The notes under the pieces were generated by a model. It had not been told where the DNA came from. It searched no databases and saw nothing but the letters and a program-made list of their open reading frames with translations. A DNA stretch of 64,000 nt from Paraphysomonas bandaiensis. Its lineage: Eukaryota; Protista; Chrysophyceae. The translations under genes were made by a program, and so were the position numbers. Where the stretch lies: positions 372,001 to 436,000 of the forward strand of contig CBFFRP010000281.1 in assembly GCA_965644295.1 (NCBI GenBank), in the 5' to 3' direction. Positions 13,298 through 25,534 of this stretch are shown one piece after another (the first letter of the stretch is position 1; each line of letters begins with the position of its first letter).

Positions 13298-15313
13298 ATG
13301 AGAGGTTCCTCTAATCAACGAAACTATCGTCCAAAATCTGCAGGTGATACTCTACGACATAAAGGGATCAATGGACACATACAATCCACTGGATCCATAC
13401 ATTCCTTATATGGAGACTTACCATCAACATCTAGATCTGTGATTGAGACTATGAATCGGGTTCAATCAGCCCGTGAAACCAGATCAACACCAATTCCTAA
13501 GATGCCCACATGTCCTCATTCAGCTCGAGAGATGTTATCTAGACACATATCAGCCACAGAAATGTTGTCAAGATCAAAAGCTCGTCTTGCTCATTCATCA
13601 TCATCGACTAACAATCTCACTATTAGAGAGAAAATATTAAAAGTACGAGATACCATTGAAAGGGAACATAGTCCGGAATATAAACACTCAACTCGCTCCT
13701 CATATCCAAACCATTGTGAAAAGAGTCGTAAACTACCCCCAGTTATGGCATGTCAAAAAAGAGAGAGTATAATAATTGCCAGTGCGGCTGAGAGAATTCG
13801 TAAACAGTTACTGGTCAAGGAAGCTAAATCGAGAATGAACGATGAACACCGAAACTTTATCGACGGTCGCATTCTTATTCGCGAACGGAGAGCTTCACTG
13901 GCCACACAAAAGCGTATTGAACGGGAGCAAAAGATTTTTTTAATGACAACTGTGAAATGTTTAACCTTTGTGTCGCTAGTAGGGTTTCATGTTCGTATGA
14001 AGCGACGAATGTCACGACCCGTAATATTTTCCAGCAGAAAAGCAATGCAAGGTTACTCACGAAACGGAAGAGACAGCAATGACGATATAGAAGACGACAT
14101 GATGAAAATAGAACTCCTTTCTTCCTACCGCCTTTTTGTACAGTCTATATGCAAATACAAGTGGAGAGTGACCCTAGCTTTCAATATATTACGCAAGCGT
14201 GCAGCCTCAAGGATACTTAGAAGAAGTCTTAGAGCCATACTGAAAGGACCCGAGGTATGATTTTTATAAAATCCGTGCCTAATCTGCTCATTGTATTGAC
14301 TCTGCTCTTGAATGAGTAGGCAAGAAGGTGTATTAGCAATTTTCTCCGGAAAATTTTTGTTGTCCAACGTGCGATGCGGTCATTCCTGGCTGCTCGACGA
14401 GCCCGCTTCTACCTTCTTAGTCAGGAATGGGAAAAAGAAGATTTCAAATATTGCCAGGTGAATTCTTCCGTTGCTTTTTAGTACAGTTGCTGATTTTATT
14501 CTAGGACATGCTTCTACAACGCAAACAACAATCCAAAAAAAATTTAGAGAAAACTCTGGGAAACTTTAAAACGATTCCAAAAGATGTCAAGTATGTACAT
14601 CAGCTTTTGTGTGCTCTGTAAATTTACTTCCATCTATAGACACAAAATCGCACGTCAACGACGTCGTTGGAATGCAATCGATAAAAATATGAAGAAACTG
14701 CTGCAAGTATGATTCTTATGCCTTTTTTCCGTTTTGATTGGTTTTACATAGAAAATATATGAGGATCAACATATTAAAACATCCGTCCTGTTTATGCCCA
14801 CAGAAGAGGAGTCTGACGACGAGGATGACTGTGTAACATTTTCTCATGTGAAACAGTTAATGGTACCCGACTGGGCGAAAGATATCGCAATGCGTGATAT
14901 TGTCAAAGAAAAGGTTGTTGTGCTATGGCACATGTTGCAATGCTGCCATTGAGTTGACCTTTTTTTCATAGCGAAAAGAATTTCTTGCATACCTCGAGCT
15001 AAAGCTCAAGCCTCAAAAAACGAGTTTACCGACGGTTGTATAACGCTTTATATTTCGACACAATTTTAATATATGTGCAGCACTCAATTGAAGAGGCCAA
15101 GCTCTATATTGGGGGGTTTAAAAATAATTCAGCTGCAGCCAATATAGTCCATTCCTACACGTTTTTCAATCTATTTAAGTAGGTATTGTACTACTATAAA
15201 TTTGCATTACTTACTATGCGTTTCATTTTAGAATGCTACGCGAAAATGAAATTCGAGACAAGATAATCGCTGTTCACAGACAACTCGGAACCTTTCAAAA
15301 TTTTTATGTGTAA
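13298..15313 (+). CDS. Uncharacterised basic/coiled-coil protein with an IQ-like motif (multi-exon)
   Basis: A long first exon (ATG 13298) is followed by about 7 short exons separated by about 50-nt GT-AG introns. It has an IQ-like VVQRAMRSFLAARR and stops at TAA 15311-15313. Confidence 0.6.
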
Positions 15314-15789
15314 TACTATCATTATCAGAATTCGATCGAGAGCCTATGAACCACATATTTTGATGCACTGTACGGTGGTCTATTTGTGGTATACAATAAT
15401 GCTATACTTTGTATTATTCACTTTCACTAAATACTAGGTGCACTAAATAGATACTAAGAAGTATTGAGTAGTGCATAAGTTTTATATAAAACTCCTGTCG
15501 TAAACTATAAAGTATTAAAAAGAGATACTTGCTCCTAAAAGCGATCACTTCTTTCTCGAATTCATACAACCGAATCCTTGTACTTTTGGTATTAATTATA
15601 TCAACCACCGCCTTAATTTTATCTTGACAATTATAATTAGCAATCAACAATTTTCATATGTTCATTCATCTTCAGCTACACTTATATTCAACCGCGACAT
15701 TTATTTGCATGAATTCATATTCATACGCAAAAACGTTAAATGATTCGTACAGATAACCTTAGTCCGTGTACTCCGCATCACGAAATCGA

Positions 15790-18700
15790 TTACTCCAACG
15801 ATGGAAAACTCTGACCTAAGAAGTTTAAACTGCACCCTTGCCAACGTGTTCTTAAGACCTTTTGACAATACACAGTTAATATTAATTTACGCTTTTAGTT
15901 AGTGCAATATTGACTGATTGATATTATAGGAGATATAGTAAGTTTATGATGTTGTAGCCCTGTGAGTTAGGAACCACGTCATTTACCAACATCAACATTC
16001 TGTTCTACAAATCATATCTTTAACAGCTACTATATTTTCAGTTTCTTTGTATACTTGTAATAGCTACTCCTATACTGTAGTCATGTATATTCTGTATTTC
16101 ATTGCTACATAGAATACAGGATAACTACTAGCGATTGACTTTACCAAACTTCAAGTACGCACGTAGGAGTTGGTTGTAGTTCAATACTCCCACTCAATGA
16201 ACATATCAGAATATACTGTGATGAGCAAGTCTACTTAGTGCGATACCATAGTGTGCACATGCTGATAGTGCAGCTTCTCGGACAAGGCTTTAGTCATCAC
16301 GTCTGCTGTCATCTCTGCCGTTGGCACATGATTCAGCCTGACGATACAGCCTCCCACTTGCTCTCGAATCCAATGATACTTGATCCGAATATGCTTGGAA
16401 CGTTTATGATTTACCGGGTTCTGAGCTAGATCAATCGCACTCTTGCTGTCCATATTCAAGATTGTTGGAGACGCATTCTTACTGAGCTCAAATCCACGAA
16501 TTCCGAGCTCTGTCATCACCCCTCGTATCCATACAATCTCCTGAATTGCAGCATATGCAGCCATATATTCAGCTTCCATAGTCGACGTAGCCACTGTTGG
16601 CTGCAGTCTGGACTGCCATGCAATTGGAGCACCCCACAGATATACGATATACCCTGTAGTGGATCTGCATGTATCCAGATCTCCGGCCCAATCTGCATCA
16701 GAGTACACACATAGAGGGTCTTCATCTGTGAAATTAGGAAATATGATACCTTGATCAACTGTATTTTCTAAATACAATAAAGTATGCAGAGCAGCTTGAC
16801 ATGCAGCGTACGTGGGTCTTGTGGTGAACCGGGAGAGAAGATTTACTGTATATGCCATGTCTGGTCTAGTATGCACTGCCAAATACATTAAGGCACCAAT
16901 AACAGATTGATAGGGAAATGCATCAACGTATTCTCTCTGTTTTCGAGTTTCTTCCTCTTTTGCATCCTTGGACAACTTTAGGCCAGGTGGTAGAGGTGTG
17001 GTTGCCTTGCACCGTCTCTTCTTTTCTGACAACAAGTGATTGAATCTGGCCACAACATCTTTAGCATATGCAGACTGATGTAACTTAATCTGGCCATTAT
17101 GACGCTCAATGGTAAGACCTAAATAATGCTTAAGGTCCCCCATATCTTGCATGGCATATTGAGTCTTAAAGGCGCTGATGACTTCTTCAATATGACGGCT
17201 GTCAGAGCTGAGCACAATGATATCATCTACATACACAAGTATCATATGTAGGTTATCATCAGTACCCTTGAGTACAAATAAACATGGGTCAAGAACACAT
17301 TGTTTATACCCCATCGCCTTTATACTGTCCTTCAGCATTGAATGCCAATTTCGAGGCGCTTGTTTTAGGCCATACAAACTCTTCAGAATCTTCAAACAAC
17401 AGCCTTGTGGAATATCTATTCCTGCAGGTGGAGACATAAACACGTCTTCGTCCAGATCTGCATACGGAAATGCCGTTTCTACATCGAGTTGACGGAGTTG
17501 CAGATTGTATCGCAGAGCCAGTGCTAGTGCTAGCCTAAATGATACACCTTTAGCTACTGGGGAGAATGTCTCATTATAGTCGACTCCTTGTTCTTGAGTA
17601 AACCCTTTCGCCACAAGTCGAACTTTGAACTTCTTAATTTTTCCAAGATGGTCGCGCTTTACTTTAAAGACCAATTTAGATTTTATGATTTTTCGGTGTT
17701 TCGGCCTTCGGACAATCTTCCAGCATGTCCTTCGTTCAAGCTTGTGCACCTCCTTCCTGGTAGCTTCAATCCAGTATGTTCTCTGTGGAGTCTTCTTTGC
17801 TTCTGCCAGCGTCTGTGGCTCTTTAATTGTGCTGTTGGAGGAATCAAGAAACAATGAGACATCGCCGAGGACACCAACGTTAACAATGTGCCGTTTTTTT
17901 CGAGGTCGTTTTTCAGTTCTGGGATTTCGATCTGCCCCACCTGTTGAAGATGCGCCCCGATTTGAGCGGTCAGGAGTCCTCTGTTCATTGTCACTGTCAT
18001 TACAAGTCTGATCCAACTCATTTCGCAAACTATTAAACTTGTCGGTCTGACACTTTGTAGAGTGAGTCATCTTTACTACATCTTTGATATGAATTGGAGT
18101 TTGCTCCTCGGTAGTATTTCCTTTCATATCTAATCTCCTATATGCAACAATGACTCCTCTTCTCTCTATCACTCTGGTGGTAACATAACACAGGTGTCCA
18201 TCAAGATGTCTGAGGCCCACCAGGTACTGATAGTCATTTACACTCTCTGCTGTTTCTGAGGTGTCGATTTGTAGATTATCTATTTCGTCGAAATACTCCT
18301 GTGAACGCTCTGGAATTGACTCATCAAACTGTGCATTGACTGCAACAATAATAGCATTCAGGTCTGGAATATATATTTGGTGTCCAACAGGTTGTTGACA
18401 TTGTCCCATATAGTATCCAGGTTTTCCCTTTTCTTTCCACTCTTTGCGGCGCTGCTCCTTCGGCACAATAGCCCATGCCTTGCAGCCCCAGATCTTCAAG
18501 TCACTCACATCTGGTGCGGTTCCAGTAATATACTCAAAAGGTGAGATGTATCCTTTCGTTGTCTTCGTAGGTAACCTGTTGATCAGATATACAGCATGCA
18601 AGACTGCTTTGAACCAAAATACTGATGGCATGCCACTATCGAGCAATATAGCAAGGGCCATCTCCTTCACTGTACGATTAGTGCGTTCCGATAGCGAATT

Positions 18701-21700
18701 CATTTCGGGTGTGTCACGTGGAGTCCAAGTAACCTGTACAGTCCTTGTGCTGGTGGTTTCACGTAAGTACTGCCTGACATGTTGCCCTACTAGTTCTCCT
18801 GCGCCATCTGCATGATATCGTCGTAGTTGCAATCCTTCTTTGACAAGTTGGGTCTCTACCATGTCCTTCATACACTTTAACACTTCACTCCCAGTCTTGT
18901 TTTTCAACCCATAAGCCCATACATGTTTTGCATCACTGTGCTTGAATAGTAACACATGTTTGTAGCCTTCCATCGATGGCGTGTTTAGGACTTCCATCGT
19001 ATCTGCACTGAGCACCCCTCTCTCCTTTGGGTTGTTGTCTAAGTTCATCAACTGGCGTGGAGTCCTGAAGTTCTTTCTCGTGAGTTTCGATCGCATGCAG
19101 GTATTACATTTGCATATCGTTTTTTTGTGTTTTTTTCTGAAATATTTCTTGTCCAGATTTATTCCATCAACTAGGCCTCGGCGGTCGGACTCAGTCAGTT
19201 TATCATAGTTGACATGGCCAAGTCTTTTGTGCCATAGAATTCGCTGGTCATCAAACCCCTGCTCCTCAAGTGCTGCTGAGGATTCTTCTCCAAGCTGAAG
19301 TAAGTCTTCGAGTCGAACTGGATATAATCCATTAACACTTCTCTGTCTAATGAGTGTCTTGTTCGTAGTCTTATTTCGAATGACGACTTCATCATTATCG
19401 AACGTCACAACACAACCCCTATCTGTGATGCTCTTCATATCTACGAGGTTCTTACTTGCTTCAGGTGCGTAGTACACCTTTTTAAAGCTTCCTACATCGC
19501 CAACACTGTGTATTGACAGTTTACCTTTGTTCGCTGTGGACATCTGCCTATCAGCGCGCTGAAGGTTGGTCATGTGGTTTTTGGAGGTAAGGATCATCTT
19601 GTTGCACCCGCTGTCTAAATAAATAACATCTGACATGCTCTGTGCTAGATTCACCTCTTCTTCCACACATATCATCGATTCGTATCCCGCTTCATCTTCT
19701 GAATCATGTACAGACACTCGCGGTTTCTTCTTGTTCTTGTAGGGTGCCGTTTCCCTTCTAGAGTCTCGCCCCCGTTTAGAACTGACCACTGCAGCTTTAG
19801 CAGTCTTCAAGTGGAAGCAGTCTTTAGTCTGATGGCCTGGGATGTCACATATCTCACACACAGGTAGCTTTGTTTTGTTATCACCCCTGTTTCTGTGATC
19901 TCTATCTTTTCTCTGTGATCTTGTCCCCTTCATCCTCTTTATGACATGCTCTGGAGTCTTGCACTCCCTAGCAAAGTGGCCAAGTTTCTTGCACTTATTG
20001 CATCTGCCCTTTCTCTTGTGCTCTTTCCATTTACTGTCATCCACTGCTTGATTGACACTGTCTTCCCCTGAATTTTGCAACGCATGCTTGCCGAATGATG
20101 TGTTTTCATACCCTTTGATTAGGCTGCTTGCTCTTGCGTATGTCACATCGTTTGCTGTATACAGGCTGTGTGCTAGTTGGGAATATCTCTTGTCTGTGAG
20201 ACCTTCCTTTAGTCGAGTGAGCTTGTCGTCTTCCGTGACTTCACGACCTAGATTCTCGAGAATCTTGGCCTGGGCTTCAACGCTGTCGACGAACTCTGCT
20301 CCTGACTGACTTGAGGTAATCTTCATTGAATTGAACTTTGTGACCTCTGCCTGTACTGTATTCTTTTCAACATTGAGAAATCTCTCTTCCAGTGCCTGTA
20401 GTAACCCTTTTGCTGTACTTCCTTCGTAGAGAGCCGCTGTTGTGCCTGCTTTTGGGTGAGCATTGCACACTTCCATCAGGAAGGAGTACGCGGTCTCGTT
20501 CCGGGTGTTCCAGAGTTTCTTCGCTTTGCGTAGTCGCTTCTTCTGTGCATCAGTCATATGAGCTCCCGCTGGGACTGTAGAGTCTAGATCATGAATGTGC
20601 CTTGGTTTATCCTTTGAGAGGACAAGATGAGCTCGATTGTGTCTCATGAGGAATGAGGTGAAGAACTTCTTGAATTTCTTGAAGTTCAGTTCCTCGAAGG
20701 GAGGTACCTTTGAGCCTGAGGCGACATTCGTGAAATTTCCATCCGCTGCCATATTAATTTACGCTTTTAGTTAGTGCAATATTGACTGATTGATATTATA
20801 GGAGATATAGTAAGTTTATGATGTTGTAGCCCTGTGAGTTAGGAACCACGTCATTTACCAACATCAACATTCTGTTCTACAAATCATATCTTTAACAGCT
20901 ACTATATTTTCAGTTTCTTTGTATACTTGTAATAGCTACTCCTATACTGTAGTCATGTATATTCTGTATTTCATTGCTACATAGAATACAGGATAACTAC
21001 TAGCGATTGACTTTACCAAACTTCAAGTACGCACGTAGGAGTTGGTTGTAGTTCAATAGTTAATACCAAAACACGATGTACTCATACGGTTACCTCCTCC
21101 ATAGGGCATATATTTGATGCTACTAAGGACTCCTCCGCAGTAAATCCGATTGCCTGACCAATTGAATTCACTGCAGATCTATACCATTGATAAGACGTGA
21201 TCGCAAGCATCGAGTGAAACAGCATCAGATACCATACCTTCTATACAATATAAATTTACAAAGACTTTTAGTATTCCCGACTCCTTGAAAACCATTATAG
21301 TGATAAAGAACAAAACTCTCATCATCCTTCCCGGCCACACTATATAGTCAGAAGCAGATAAGAGCACATTGAAGAAAGTTAATGCTGATACCTGTCGCTG
21401 CGATGTCGTGTACTTCGCATTGCAGGGTTTGGAGAGGTTTCACCTGATAATATATCAGCTTAGACACAAACACCATAAAACAACTTACTCTGATTACTTA
21501 AATCTGCTACTATATCTGAGTTCCATTCTTCCTGCATCTGTCGGGCAATTTCAGAATCTGAACGAGGACGCCCTGGTGAGGCAGAGTTAGGAGTTGCTTC
21601 AGCAAGGCTATTAAATCCAGCTTGTATCTCTCGCGCAACATCACTATCACTTCGATGACGAGAATGATTCGAATTCTTAGGAGACAAAAGCTCATCCAGG

Positions 21701-23268
21701 GTGGTTCCCGTCATGAGTTGGGATATATTCTCCCAGAAAGTGCTCCAGATAATGATGCCACCATCTAGCTGCAGGAATGAACTAAGCCTAAAGCACAACC
21801 GAATAAGATATCGAAATCGCATAGCACTCGCATAGAGTGTTACCTCGCAACCGCATCCTTGTCGTTAGCTAGTGGAATCTCAAGACTTGACAGTATTTCG
21901 CCAAGACGTTGCTCCATAATGAACCCGCATCCGTCGATATCGACTGCCTTGAAGGCACGCTGCACACGCGCCAATATCTCCTCTTCTCTAGATTCCTCAT
22001 TCAGTCGCCTGTCATTTGCACATAGCTAAAATAAAACGAAACGGAGACACACACTCCAACACTTATGGATATAACAACGTACTTATCTAGAGAGAATAAA
22101 ACTGAAAAGTGGGACGAACTCCCAATCACCCACACTGGGAACTCAGGAGTCTTGTAGTAGCTTCCCACCTGTAGTCCAAATTGTTACTTCATTTTAGATA
22201 ACCATTGTAATATATATTACTTGGCAGTATCTCAAGGCTTCTAGGTGCGATAGATACCCGACTTGAGGACGATGTGGTACACCCTTTAGAACGAGCGACT
22301 CGCCATCAGAGGAAGTAGATCCCTGGAAAGGGAGGTCACCGTCAAAAACATAAGTAGATGCCCTTCCTATAAGAAGGAGGTTGATTAACTCCTGAGTACA
22401 GTGCCCATACTGTCCGATCACTACGCAGCATGCGTACAGTAAGTTGTGCAATAAGAACCAGGGTTGCTACTTACACGACGTTTCGCTATCGTCCATATCA
22501 TCTCTGATAACTGAAGCCCCGCTAGAATGATGCAAACACGATTCATAAAGCAGATCAAAAAGTATACTATTCTTAAATTCTCACCGGGTTAGTATCAGTG
22601 ACAGAAGAAACAAAAAACAGCCACACTCAGAGCGGTATTGCGGCATTAACTTGTTGAAAAGTTCATGAAACATGACTTCACTGTAACACTCGTGTACAAC
22701 AAGTTTCGAGCAGGAAGGAATATCAAAAATCGACTCATTAGCTGGGTCGACCTAAAAGATAATTATAGAAAGCAAACTGTGACCACTTGTTGGTTACCAT
22801 ATATACTGCGTCGTCAGTTTTACATCGATGTAGGATATTCCATGCTGCCGTCACAAAGCTGTGTTTTATAGCATTAGGGTCAACTGACATAATGTTAGCG
22901 TCAGTAATGTTATTATCACTGCAAAAAAGTAGATCTTTCATAATTTCTGCCTGCATTGCAGCCAAAATTCCACATGGTCCACCATGACCTTGCATCAATC
23001 CAAAGTTTGGACTATCAGCAAACTGAAATCCCTGAGAGAACCATCTCTTCATATCATCCGGTTCAAAACTAGTTCCAATTGCTGTTTTTATAATACTCTC
23101 CATATTTCCTGTACCAATGAGTGTAATAGGACTGCATACACGTTCTTTTTTTACTAATGGACGATCCACTGCACTGATGTGAGAGGTATGGATGCTACTA
23201 TCATTGTTCGATATATCATCATCAAATGCACGTATACGTGCTTCACGCATTTTATCTTGTTCATTCAT
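15790..23268 (-). CDS. MINDY-3/4 family (DUF4205) deubiquitinase; last intron interrupted by a Copia element
   Basis: Catalytic [43 protein letters not shown] and [15 protein letters not shown]. It has an EF-hand-like segment and two UIM/MIU-like repeats ([24 protein letters not shown]). The terminal exon 15858-15790 reads [15 protein letters not shown]... Confidence 0.85.
15880..16186 (-). repeat. 3' LTR of the Copia element
   Basis: Direct repeat of 20752-21058 with no difference seen by eye. Termini TATT...AATA. Confidence 0.95.
16235..20752 (-). CDS. Copia Gag-Pol polyprotein, 1505 aa, uninterrupted
   Basis: Two CX2CX4HX4C knuckles, protease YLDSGC, integrase WHKRLGH..CNTC plus [30 protein letters not shown], RNase H YSDADWAG. 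Confidence 0.97.
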   Translation of the reverse strand: MAADGNFTNVASGSKVPPFEELNFKKFKKFFTSFLMRHNRAHLVLSKDKPRHIHDLDSTVPAGAHMTDAQKKRLRKAKKLWNTRNETAYSFLMEVCNAHPKAGTTAALYEGSTAKGLLQALEERFLNVEKNTVQAEVTKFNSMKITSSQSGAEFVDSVEAQAKILENLGREVTEDDKLTRLKEGLTDKRYSQLAHSLYTANDVTYARASSLIKGYENTSFGKHALQNSGEDSVNQAVDDSKWKEHKRKGRCNKCKKLGHFARECKTPEHVIKRMKGTRSQRKDRDHRNRGDNKTKLPVCEICDIPGHQTKDCFHLKTAKAAVVSSKRGRDSRRETAPYKNKKKPRVSVHDSEDEAGYESMICVEEEVNLAQSMSDVIYLDSGCNKMILTSKNHMTNLQRADRQMSTANKGKLSIHSVGDVGSFKKVYYAPEASKNLVDMKSITDRGCVVTFDNDEVVIRNKTTNKTLIRQRSVNGLYPVRLEDLLQLGEESSAALEEQGFDDQRILWHKRLGHVNYDKLTESDRRGLVDGINLDKKYFRKKHKKTICKCNTCMRSKLTRKNFRTPRQLMNLDNNPKERGVLSADTMEVLNTPSMEGYKHVLLFKHSDAKHVWAYGLKNKTGSEVLKCMKDMVETQLVKEGLQLRRYHADGAGELVGQHVRQYLRETTSTRTVQVTWTPRDTPEMNSLSERTNRTVKEMALAILLDSGMPSVFWFKAVLHAVYLINRLPTKTTKGYISPFEYITGTAPDVSDLKIWGCKAWAIVPKEQRRKEWKEKGKPGYYMGQCQQPVGHQIYIPDLNAIIVAVNAQFDESIPERSQEYFDEIDNLQIDTSETAESVNDYQYLVGLRHLDGHLCYVTTRVIERRGVIVAYRRLDMKGNTTEEQTPIHIKDVVKMTHSTKCQTDKFNSLRNELDQTCNDSDNEQRTPDRSNRGASSTGGADRNPRTEKRPRKKRHIVNVGVLGDVSLFLDSSNSTIKEPQTLAEAKKTPQRTYWIEATRKEVHKLERRTCWKIVRRPKHRKIIKSKLVFKVKRDHLGKIKKFKVRLVAKGFTQEQGVDYNETFSPVAKGVSFRLALALALRYNLQLRQLDVETAFPYADLDEDVFMSPPAGIDIPQGCCLKILKSLYGLKQAPRNWHSMLKDSIKAMGYKQCVLDPCLFVLKGTDDNLHMILVYVDDIIVLSSDSRHIEEVISAFKTQYAMQDMGDLKHYLGLTIERHNGQIKLHQSAYAKDVVARFNHLLSEKKRRCKATTPLPPGLKLSKDAKEEETRKQREYVDAFPYQSVIGALMYLAVHTRPDMAYTVNLLSRFTTRPTYAACQAALHTLLYLENTVDQGIIFPNFTDEDPLCVYSDADWAGDLDTCRSTTGYIVYLWGAPIAWQSRLQPTVATSTMEAEYMAAYAAIQEIVWIRGVMTELGIRGFELSKNASPTILNMDSKSAIDLAQNPVNHKRSKHIRIKYHWIREQVGGCIVRLNHVPTAEMTADVMTKALSEKLHYQHVHTMVSH
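20752..21058 (-). repeat. 5' LTR of the Copia element
   Basis: Direct repeat of 15880-16186. Its last base on the minus strand is the A of the gag ATG. Confidence 0.95.
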
Positions 23269-23758
23269 GGTATTTATTATATCCACGATTATATGAGATG
23301 AACTCCTTGCAATGTGATTGCTTGTTAATATATATATACACTCTACTGCTGTATGTATGCATATGACTATAGATCCATGCATTGATCCATAGCCCATAAC
23401 ACATACAGTACATACTGCTACTGGGCTGTGTATAGTATGTGAGTGGTGTACCATATATATACATACTATACATACTATACATACCGAATACACTGGCACC
23501 AACAGACACACCTCTAGACCTGTTATCTGTTATACTATTTGGAATACAATATACGACGGATCTTTATCCGGGACCGGATAGAAACGTACGGTAGACTGTG
23601 GATGAACAAAGAACTAAGAAGTTCTGCTGGACATTTCCAGGAATCAGTATTGTTTACAAGATATAGCTATATGTGTTCCTTGCCACGTGGACAACATAAC
23701 AACATAACCATTACAAAATCTATCATTAATCATTACCATTATTCTTTGACAAGCAACA

Positions 23759-25534
23759 ATGCAGAATCTTACTATTAAATCACTCGATCAGTCTCGACTT
23801 TCCCGTTTGAGCAGATGTCTGACATACACAGCAGCATTGGGAACTATCACAGCAATGGAGATGTACTTCGACAAGGACGAGTCTGAGTGGATGGATTACA
23901 CAGGTTCGAAAGTAGGCAACCGAATCATTGAAAAGTGTGGCACATATCTCTTGGCTGTGTCTCTGTCTGAAATCATACTCCCTTTAATCATCCCGTCTGG
24001 CAACGAACAAACTGTTAAAGTTGCTACTTTGGACAAGGATCTTCAGACTATTCGTCAGCCAAGCGTAGATGAACTTCGTCGTCCATGGATTCTCTCGAAT
24101 CTGTCCATGCTGCCAGAAAACATGGACCATTGCAAGAAAATTTGGATTATGGGGAGATATAAAGTGGGAAAATCTACTATACTTCGGATGCTGGGTGTTG
24201 AATCAGCTTCTCCAGCCAATCTTGTCAACACAAAAGGCGAAGTATATCTCACTGACAGCAGCTGGCCTAACACTATATTTGTCGACACGGAGGGTTTCAT
24301 GCAGCCCATCGATACCAGCGAGCCTGAGTTTCGAAAGCACTTAGTTGTCAAGCATGCGCATAAGGCCTCCGATGGCATTATTTTGGTCTTACCAATGCTA
24401 ATTACTAATGACCTCACTCTTTTCACGAAATCTGTAAAAATGCTGCATGGTAGACACAGGTACATATGCACATGATGATATTCCTGCATCACTTTTTCTC
24501 ATGAATTGCTTGATGATATCAGGTCTTTGTTTGTGGTTCATAATTTGCCCAACTTTGAAAATGAGTCTGAAATTCTTCACTATCGTGAAACATTTCAGAA
24601 AATCTTTATAGACATGCCAGATACAGAGTGCAGTACACGTGATGACAGTCGAAATATCCTTAAGAGTTGGCATGGGCATCGCGACAACAGTGTGTGTGTG
24701 GTGCATTTTTTTCTGGGAAATTCTAAAGCACTGAAAGGATGGAATGAAATACAGCTAGAACTTCTGAAATCGAGCATTACCGGATTGAACACGCATAACC
24801 ATCCCCTCTTGGAAACATTATCGGAGTCTTTGGCTTCTGTGGGTGATTTTGCGTACAGCTTCGGTACTCCAACAACTATTACGCCCGAAGGCTCTGAATC
24901 GCAAAATAGAAGCGAAGAAGTAACGGCTGACCAGACACGAACTAGTAATAGAAGTCCCACCTGCCCACCTCCACCTCTTACTTGCATGTCCACCGTAGAT
25001 GAAGATAATGACTGTTTGGTGTTTCAGTTCAGTCGACCAATCGTCGGTTCAAAAGCACGGGAAATCGGAGATAATATTATCATGGGGAACACACTTGATT
25101 TTGTTTGGCTTCCTATGATGCCCGTGATAGGTGGTAAGGGATATATGCAGAGCCTTATTATTGACATGAGTCGTATCAGTCGTATTTTTCTTACTATTGA
25201 GGATGAGCGAACGTTATTATGTGAATTCACTGTTCTGAATATCAATTCTTCTAGTAAATATGACGAGAGTCAGTGTGTTGAACGTATTTACAGTGAATAC
25301 CCTATTCCCGTCACTCAAGATACAATATTCGTTCCTGTTGGGGTCGATCACGAAGTTGACGATGAAGTGAATGCTGCAGGAGAAGTATACAAGGTTCCTC
25401 GTCTATCATCTACTACAGGGGCTACAATCAACAATAACTGCACGAATAATACTCCTACAAAGGAAGTACTACCAGGGGAATACTTGCCCCAGTCCAGAGA
25501 AATGCGGTACAATATCAGATTAAACATTATTTAA
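23759..25534 (+). CDS. P-loop GTPase with GBP/atlastin-like G1/G3 motifs, copy 1 (about 570 aa, intron 24460-24522)
   Basis: GRYKVGKST (G1), NTKG (G2), FVDTEG (G3) and LFVVHN (G4 position). A 63-nt GT-AG intron joins the 238-aa and 342-aa ORFs in frame. Confidence 0.8.

Larger units (their letters stand above)
15880..21058 (-). mobile_element. Full-length Ty1/Copia LTR retrotransposon (5179 bp), TSD GTTAA
   Basis: Two 307-bp LTRs; GTTAA at 15875-15879 and 21059-21063; a single gag-pol ORF with PR-INT-RT-RH order; PPT GAGTGGGAG abutting the 3' LTR; TGG-starting PBS abutting the 5' LTR. Confidence 0.97.

Noticed and set aside
16238-20580. Antisense ORFs inside the Copia element
   Set aside because: They are short shadows of the long gag-pol frame with no recognisable motifs.
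23500-23600. Helitron 3' end (hairpin TATCCGGGACCGGATA plus CTAG) to explain the GTPase block
   Set aside because: The CTAG is about 50 bp from the hairpin and is not shared by copy 2. Similar CG palindromes occur in ordinary promoters here.
23759-25534. Two separate genes (238 aa and 342 aa), or stop-codon readthrough
   Set aside because: A canonical 63-nt GT-AG intron removes the stops and joins the ORFs in frame.
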